From assembly GCA_013239625.1 (NCBI GenBank), contig MU053933.1:3277817-3341816 (forward strand): DNA of 64,000 bases, written 5' to 3'. The stretch is from Lama guanicoe (taxonomy: Eukaryota). The position numbers and the translations under genes were made by a program. This document shows, in pieces, positions 40,170 to 64,000 of the stretch (position 1 is the stretch's first letter; each line of letters opens with the position of its first letter). A model generated the notes under the pieces. That model did not search any database, had not been told where the DNA came from, and saw nothing but the letters and a program-made list of their open reading frames with translations.

Positions 40170-40356
40170 ATTTATTGCTGTGTAATAAAGTACCCCAAAT
40201 TTAGTGATTTAAAACAATAAGCATTTACTTTCTCGTAATTCATTCAGGTCAGGAATTCGGGAGAGGCTTAGCTGGATGGCTCTAGCTCACGGTCTGTCAT
40301 GAGGTGCAGTCAAGACATGGGCCAGGGCCGTGGTCCTCTGATGTCTTGGCTGGAGG
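40170..40356 (-). mobile_element. MLT1-type LTR fragment
   Basis: tattgctgtgtaataaagtaccccaaatttagtgatttaaaacaataa; ggtcaggaattcggg. Confidence 0.65.
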
Positions 40357-40406
40357 GGCAGGTTTCCGCAGGGTCGAGAGGCAGGTTTCCGCAGGGTCGA
40401 GAGGCA
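40357..40406. repeat. Perfect 23-bp tandem duplication
   Basis: ggcaggtttccgcagggtcgaga twice, plus ggca. Confidence 0.95.
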
Positions 40407-41384
40407 TCTCCAGGAAAACTGCACCAAAGTGCCTCTGACACCTCTGCTCCCCACAAAGCCCTCCAGGCGCCTCCTGTCTCCCAGCTGTGCGAGGGCCCCC
40501 ACTGCCCGCCGGCGGGGCTCCAGGCCCAGTGGGGCTGCAGCTGCAGCTGCAGCAGGTTCTCCCTCTGTCTCCCGGGGCCCCCCGGGGGCAGCAGAGTAGG
40601 TGTGAGAACCAGGTCGCAGGGTCCCCACTGGAACAGCACGGCATCAGTCGCCTCCCTCACCTTCCACAGAGGGTCCCCTTGCCCCTCACACCTGGCACTC
40701 AGGGCCCAGCCCGCCCACCCACACCTCGAGGTCCTCTCTCTGCATCTGTCTGGACACAGCACCAGGCCCCATGGAGACATGCCAGGGCACAGTGGCCGCT
40801 CTGAGAGGGGTCCCCTCCACCCCATGCAGCTGGCCCCACGTCTCCCAGCAAAGTGGGACTGGTACCCACTGCCTGCCAGCCCTGTCTGTATCCACCCGCA
40901 GGCCATTCCCCTCCCTAGTCAGCACAGTTCCGTTGGAAGGATAACTGGGGTCAAGCTTAAGGCAAGGCCCACCCCAGCCTGGGCCTGTCTCGTCCCCTGA
41001 CACCCCTAGCCCCCTCGCTGCTCTGTCATCACTGATGCCAATCACTGGCTTTTCAGTGCCCAGAATGCCCCTGTCTGCCCAGTACACCCAGGCTCTGCAG
41101 GGCAGAGAGGGGTCGTGAACATCCCACCCAAAACAGAGCCTGAAGCTCGCAGTCTCTGTAACCACTAAATTTTGTGGCCGCCACCCAGGACAGGAGGAGA
41201 GGGTGCCCCTCTGAGCCCACATGCTGGCTGACCACTGTGCGTGCCGCCCCCACCATCTGGGGAGGAGGGCTCGAGGAGAAGGGCTTGGGGACGGGGAGGG
41301 GCACAGTGATGTGTTGGTGAAGCACTGTCTGCAGCAGCCGCTCCTCCCTTTTGCAGGACATCAGGGTCCATGGGTGCTGCCAAG

Positions 41385-58076
<16,692 letters not shown>

Positions 58077-58512
58077 TCCTGCGGGCGCTGTCCTCCTGTC
58101 CGTGGTGCTACTCAGACCCCACTGAGAGGTCCAGCGCGGGGAGGACTGTCTCCTCACATGTGGGTGTAAAATCAGAAACAGAGGACCCCGCACCCCCCAC
58201 TCGGGCTCCTGGCGCCCTGGGCACCGCCCAGCCCATATCCCTTCTCTGCATCCACCCACTGCCCACTCCCCACGCCCTCCCAGGACCCCAGAGGCTTCCT
58301 GGGGTTCACTGGGGGGCCCCGTCTCCCTCAGCCAAGCCTCAATACCAGACTCGACCTCCCCTCTGGCGCCCTCCAGAGGCTCTCTGCTGGCCCCTCCAGC
58401 CCTCCTAGCCCTGCTCCCGGGTCTCCACTTCACCTCTGGGGGTTACCTGCCGCCATCAGACTCAGCTGTGACAGCAGACCCTGCATGCCCCTATGTGCAC
58501 ACACCCCAGTCC

Positions 58513-58518
58513 AATAAA
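58513..58518 (+). terminator. COL6A2: COL6A2 polyadenylation signal
   Basis: AATAAA about 440 nt after the stop codon, followed by a T/GT-rich stretch. Confidence 0.85.
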
Positions 58519-59094
58519 GGCTTTGAAACCCCTCTTGCTCCCCAGCTTCTAAGTGTCTGTGCCAAGGGGGTGCTGAGGCCATGCAAGTAATCCCCAGGAC
58601 TGATCATACCCCCGGGACCCCCCAGTTGCTTTGTGCACCCAGATGTGCCAAGCCTGGCCTCCTGTCCTGCCAGGCAGGTGCTGCCTCCAGGCACTGGCCA
58701 CCACACCCTCAAGGGTACAAACTGGACAGTATCAATTCTGGACTCCACCTTCGTCCAGTTGGCTTTGAGCTGAAAACAATGTACTTGGCTAGTGGAGTCT
58801 CTGTCTGTCCCCAGACCAGCGCCAGAGCACTTTAGGGATGTGGGTGGTTTGCATGAGGAAATTTTGTGGACAGAGAGAGAGAGAGAGACGGGAGAGTGAG
58901 GATGGGTGATAGATAGGTGACTGAGAGATAAGTAGGTGACATGATGAATGGATAAGTGATGGACACGAAGGGGACACATGCGCACATGAGCAGGACAGAG
59001 AAGCAGAGAGAGATGGATGAGAAGTGAGACACAGAGTCTTGGTTTGTGGCCACTTCAGGGACTCTTACTTTTAAGCTCACTCTCTGTGAGTGTC

Positions 59095-59500
59095 CGGTTA
59101 AACCCCTGGCTCTGTATCGTCTGCTGGGGCTGGCCTAACAGAGCGCCACGACCTGGGGCCTGAAACAAGTCTGGAGGCCAGAAGGCCGAGGCCAGGTGCT
59201 CGCAGGGCCGCGCCCCTGAGAAGACTCCAGGGAGGGGTCTGTTCCAGGCTCTCCTGTAGTCGCTGGACTTGCAGCGTCACTGGGACACTCTCTCAGTGTT
59301 CTCCCCGGGCGTGTCCGTGCCCCCGCTCCTCCCGTGACAAGGACACAGTCCTGCTGGGTTAGGGCCCATTCTGCTCCAGGACGGCCTCAGCTAAACTAAT
59401 TACAACTGCAGTGACTGTTTCCAAATAAGGCCCCATTCTGAGGTCCTGGGGGCTAGGACTTCAGCATGCGAATTTGGGGAGGGGGGCGATTCAGCCCAGA
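59095..59500 (-). mobile_element. MLT1-type LTR fragment between COL6A2 and FTCD
   Basis: ctaattacaactgcagtgactgtttccaaataagg...attctgaggtcctgggggctaggacttcagcatg. Confidence 0.7.
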
Positions 59501-61368
59501 CCACACTGACACCTTAGTCACCTCCCTCTGGGGTGACCAACTCATTTTGTGGCGCTTCTGCCTCTCCTGTCATCTGCCTGAACAGCCTACAGCTGGAGGG
59601 GAGGGCCTCACACCAAGTGCCTTCTCTTCCTCTGCACCCCCTCCATCCCCCCAAAGAACCGTACAAGAAAGAGAAGAGTCCAGCAGCCCCAGCCTCAGAC
59701 AGCAGCGCTGGCGCCTGTGACCGTCAGAGCTCAGGGTGGGGGTGGCAGGGGCCCCTCCCTCCACGTGTCCAGCGTTCTGCCTGCTGGGCCCTGCACAGGG
59801 CCCCCTCTTCAGAGGAAGGACGGCCCTCTCTGTGATGCCAGCCCCTCATGTTCAGCCTCCGACCCCAGGAAGGCAGGAACGCCTGTCCCTTTGGAAGGGA
59901 CTTCAGACGCTGGTGAGCGAGTAGGTGGGGTCCCCCCAGGGTGTGGGCCAGCTTCCAGACCCCAGCGGCAGCTCACAGGGGAACCGAGCCTCCCTGTGGG
60001 AAGTGTGTACTTGCGCCAGACGTCCACCTGAAAGCAGATGTGGTCACCACGGAGGAGGGCTGTGCTGGTCAGGGCCAGGGGTCAGGAGGACTCTGGCCTC
60101 CCAGGACATGCTTTGTCACAGGCTGGGGGTGGGAGCACCTTTCGGAATGTATGTTGCATTTCACGAGAACCGGTGAAGGGACCATGGGGGAAGGACGAGA
60201 GGCTGAAACAAACACGAAGTCAGTCCCTCAGTGCAGACGAGAAAGGGCTCCGGGCCATCTTGTTAAGTGGAACAAAACTCAGCTGTTGATCCGCTCCCTT
60301 CACAGAGCAGGGAAGAGTCAAGAGCATGTGTTCATGTGCATTTGTGTTTGCATAAACAAACGCTAAGTGGGCACAAGAGGGAATTCAACGGTTTCCTAAA
60401 GAGGATGGAAGGGGCTGGTGGGCACAGGGCAGTGGGGCTTCTCCACAGGAATCTGTAAAGTGCCGGGTTTTGAACCGTGTGATGCATCGCCTATTTTAAG
60501 ACTGAGTTGGGAACCTCCACCTGCAGCCACCTGGTGCCCAGTCTCCCCTAGCAGAGCCGACCCTCACGCCCTCGCAGCTCGAAGCCTGGAGGATGCTGCC
60601 TTCCTGGGGCAACACGGCCACCTGCCCCGGCCTGTCCTGGCGTCCCCACAGGGCACCCAGCACACACTCTGTGCTCGGCCCCTCCTCCTCCAGCCGCATC
60701 TGGGACCCCACAGACTGCCCTGTGTCGTCGCTCGGCTGGGCAGCAATGACCCTGGACCCGGGTCTGCTGTGGGGCTGTGTCTTGTCTTACTGCCCCCAGG
60801 CCCGGGACTCTCCACCACACCCCCTCCCACCACCCAGGCCCCACAGGGGTCATGGGCTGGGAGGTGGGGGAGCCACCCTCCTAGGACCCCCACTGCTGGG
60901 CCTTGGCCCCAGAGCTTTCAAAAGGCAAGTCAACACTGGTGCCCGGGACACCCCCAAACCAGAACCCCAGGGTCCGATGCTTCCCCTCTTCCAGCCCGGA
61001 CGCGGGAACTGGCCCTCATGTCACCATTACCTCCCCAGGAACTCCTGGCCACCTGCTCCTCCTCCCCCTCTCCTGCCCTGCGAGGAGCTGGCGTGGCCAC
61101 CCCTCACCTCGGAGGACTCTGCACTCTGCCACCCATGCAGCAGCGAGGCCTCGTCCCTCCGTGAGATGTGAGGGGTCCTGCTATGAGGCCCTATTCCCCG
61201 GGCACCCCAGGAGCCCCTGTCTCCTCATGCTGTGCCCCCACTTCCTCCCACCCGTCTCCTTGTACGCGTAGGTCCCAGAGTCCCTGTCTCTGACACTCAG
61301 CTCAGCCCTCCCCAGCCCCCGCCCTGTGGTACCCCGCAGGCACTCCACAGGCACTGGTGTGTTGTGAC

Positions 61369-61374
61369 TTTACT
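61369..61374 (-). terminator. FTCD: Probable FTCD polyadenylation signal (variant AGTAAA)
   Basis: tttact on + strand, about 150 nt past the FTCD stop codon. Confidence 0.6.
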
Positions 61375-61523
61375 GGAGGCTGCAGGGGACAGAGGGTGAC
61401 ACCTCCAACCCCAGACAGAGCCCACCCCCACCACAGCCCCCCTTTCCTTGCCCCCCACACCCTCCCCGCTCTGGGCCCCACAGCCGCCCTGTCCTCCAGA
61501 CAGGGAGGTCCCCCCTCCAGCTG

Positions 61524-61610
61524 TCACTCCTGCCGGGCCTCCAGGCGGTCCAGCACCAGTGCTGCCTGGGTCTTGGCTTCCTGCAGGAGGCTGGAGATGC
61601 GCTGATGGAC
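61524..61610 (-). CDS. FTCD: FTCD last coding exon
   Basis: - strand cgtcag|[28 protein letters not shown]. Confidence 0.93.
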   Translation of the reverse strand, partial: VHQRISSLLQEAKTQAALVLDRLEARQE

Positions 61611-62069
61611 CTGACGGACAGAGAGACCTGGTCATCACCCCACTGGCCAGGCCTCTCTGCCACCTCCCTAGCGTGTCCACTCCAGGTGACCCCAAGCCCC
61701 TGACCTGGGGACCTCAGCTCCTCATGGGTCTCTTGGTGGGGGTGGGAGGGGCCCCTCTCCTTTCTGAGATGTGGGGCCAGCCAGACCCCAGTCTCAATGC
61801 TCTGGGTCATCCCACTTCAGCCATGACTGCCCAGGGCAGGGCTGAGTCCCCGATGCTGAAGGGGCAGCACTCAAGTAGCCTGTCCTTTATCTCAGTGCCC
61901 AAGTGGTGGACAGTGACTTCCCTGATGGCCAAGCCCAGCCTGGCTGCAGCAGGCAGGTGCAGACGGCTGGCCTTCGAAAAGGCCACAGTGCTCCCATTCC
62001 GAGCCAGGAAATTGCTTTTTAAAGATTGTTGCAAATCACAGAGACACATGGGTGGTGGCAGGGCTGGGA

Positions 62070-62220
62070 ACAGGTGACTGCAGGGTCCCCTCTGGAGTGA
62101 GAAAGTTCTGGAACTTGAAGCGGTGGTGGCCTCACAACACCATGAATGTGCTTAATGCCACTGAATTGTACCCTGTAACCTGGTGAGCTGCACGTTCTGT
62201 GAATTTTACTCTAATAACAA
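62070..62220 (+). mobile_element. L1M 3' end fragment in FTCD last intron
   Basis: aaagttctggaact...cacaacaccatgaatgtgcttaatgccactgaattgtac. Confidence 0.7.
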
Positions 62221-62573
62221 TAGCAATTAAATTATCAGTGGAATAACAGCGTAGGTTGGTGACAGGTCTTTGAGACCTTGTGTTGCCAGTGCTACAGCCC
62301 AGCCCAGCTCGGAGCCCCAGCCTGGCCAGAGCTGCAGGGGAGGGAGAGGGAGTGCTGGCAGGCGCCCAGGCCTCCACAGAGACCCTGAGAGAAGACCTCG
62401 GCCGTCGCCGGTGCCCACGCTCTGCAGGCCAGGCCTCATCCACTCACAGGAGGTGCGGGACCGTCTCATCAGACGGACATCCCCTCCATCGAGGACCTGT
62501 TGGCCAGGTGCCCAGGCCCCACGTCGGTGGACCTCCAGCCCCCCATTGGGGCCTGGCCCACGCTCCTACACAC

Positions 62574-62669
62574 CTGGTCCTTAAACTCATCATCAGTGAC
62601 ACCCTTCAGGTTGATGACCACGTTGAAATATGCACCAAACACGCCCGTCTCCAGGGCCTTGGCTGCCAC
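62574..62669 (-). CDS. FTCD: FTCD penultimate coding exon (96 nt)
   Basis: - strand ttgcag|[32 protein letters not shown]|gtgtgt. Confidence 0.94.
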
Positions 62670-63849
62670 CTGCAAGAGTCCCAGTGACGGGGCGGGGCCA
62701 GCACCATGACGGGCGGCCAGCAGAGGCTCGCCAGGCCCACTCCGGAGCCAGGGATGCGGCCGCAGGGGCTCGTGCCCTGTCCGTAAAGCCCCTGGGAGCT
62801 CCCGCGAGGCAGCAGGACGGCTCTGAGGAGACCCCTGCCCTCTCTCCGAGCAGAGAAGCCCCATCCAGAGACAGAGGTAACACACACCCCATCCATCCCC
62901 GCTTCGAGCTCCTCTCATCTGAGCGAAGCCAGCCTCCTGGCGCACGGCTCAGGCCCAGGCCGGTCACTTCCCGGCCCTCTCCCTGGCCATGGGGGAAAGT
63001 CTTGGCGCCTCGGGAGCCCGGTTTCCCGCACAGCCCTCCCCCTCGGGTCGCACGGGCAGGGGGAGCATCTACACAGCCCTCTGGAGCTGGGAATCACTGG
63101 ATAGAGGCCTGGCCCTCCCTGGGGATGTCCCAGGGCCCCCACGCCACTGAGCGTTCAGAGGCCCACCCTCAGCTGACCATTCCACAGCCTGGTCCACACC
63201 TCACTGGCCTCAGTGCTCGTGACCCCACAACCAAAGCTGCATGGCCCTTGGCCAGAGCAGGCCACAAGGAGGCCTTCAACAGTGAGCACCGTGTGTTAGG
63301 TGCTCACAGGCCTCATGGGCCAAGGGGGTGCCCAGAACACAGGGAACTTGGTCTCTGGGCTCAGCAGCTTCCATACGTTGTCAGCATTCTCAAGGGGCCT
63401 CAGGGCTGGACACCAAACACAGGTGTCTGTCTTGTAAAGACCCTGAGAGCCCTGGGGCTTCAGGACAGGCTACAGAACCCGCTCTAATGTCCCTGGTCCC
63501 CACGCCCTCTGCACACCGGCTGTGGACACATCTGTGAGCTGCCGTGGGGTTTTCTGGAGGGACAGGCGCTGGGAAGGAGTGGGGCAGGGTCTGTGGAAAC
63601 GGTTAGGGGTGGACTCTGTAGACACATTTGAGGTTCTGCCTCTCTGCTGGGATGCTCTGAACAAGACCCTTAGTTCTCCACCTTAAGGTGGGTAACTGAG
63701 CCAGCCCTGCTGGCTGAGGCCGGCCAAGACACCCTGCGACGTGCTCAGGTCCAGGCCGGGCTCCTCAAACATACAGTGATCAGCTGTGAAGCCCAACGAC
63801 CCTCCACACTGCCCCCCACCCACAGCGGGCAGCGGACCCCTCCCTGTAC

Positions 63850-63988
63850 CTGTAGGTCCGACCGGCAGCCCAGGTTCCCACACAGGGCCAGCTCCTGCAG
63901 CGCTGGCCACAGTGAGGCCACTGTCTCCGCCAGCTCCAAGGGCACGGCCACCGCCTGTCTCAGCCCCTCTTGCAGGGCAGCTGTGCGC
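63850..63988 (-). CDS. FTCD: Formimidoyltransferase-cyclodeaminase, third-last coding exon (139 nt)
   Basis: - strand ttgcag|[46 protein letters not shown]|gtacag. Confidence 0.93.
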
Positions 63989-64000
63989 CTGCAATGGAGG

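Overview
GC-rich mammalian genomic window, probably camelid given two vic-1-like tRNA-derived SINEs. It holds the complete COL6A2 gene (collagen VI alpha-2, + strand): CpG-island promoter and probable non-coding exon 1 at about 30.4 kb, coding exons 2-28 at 41385-58076, alternative terminal exon 28A at 55239-55534, and AATAAA at 58513. The last three coding exons of the convergent FTCD gene lie at 61524-63988 on the - strand. The first 30 kb are mostly repeats (L1, ERVL/MLT, SINE, CA-rich tract) plus an orphan ETS-motif CpG island at about 1.8-2.6 kb. Half of that island looks like a GC-converted old L1 3' end, and it may drive an unannotated spliced transcript. The main anomalies are in COL6A2: exon 25 lacks its AG acceptor and about 12 nt, the conserved C-terminal Trp-Ile-Cys is missing (9 nt), two introns use GC donors, and there is an extra in-frame upstream ATG. 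The two deletions could be real alleles or assembly errors. Orthologue comparisons and repeat family names are from recall, not from searches. I found no convincing novel multi-gene system.
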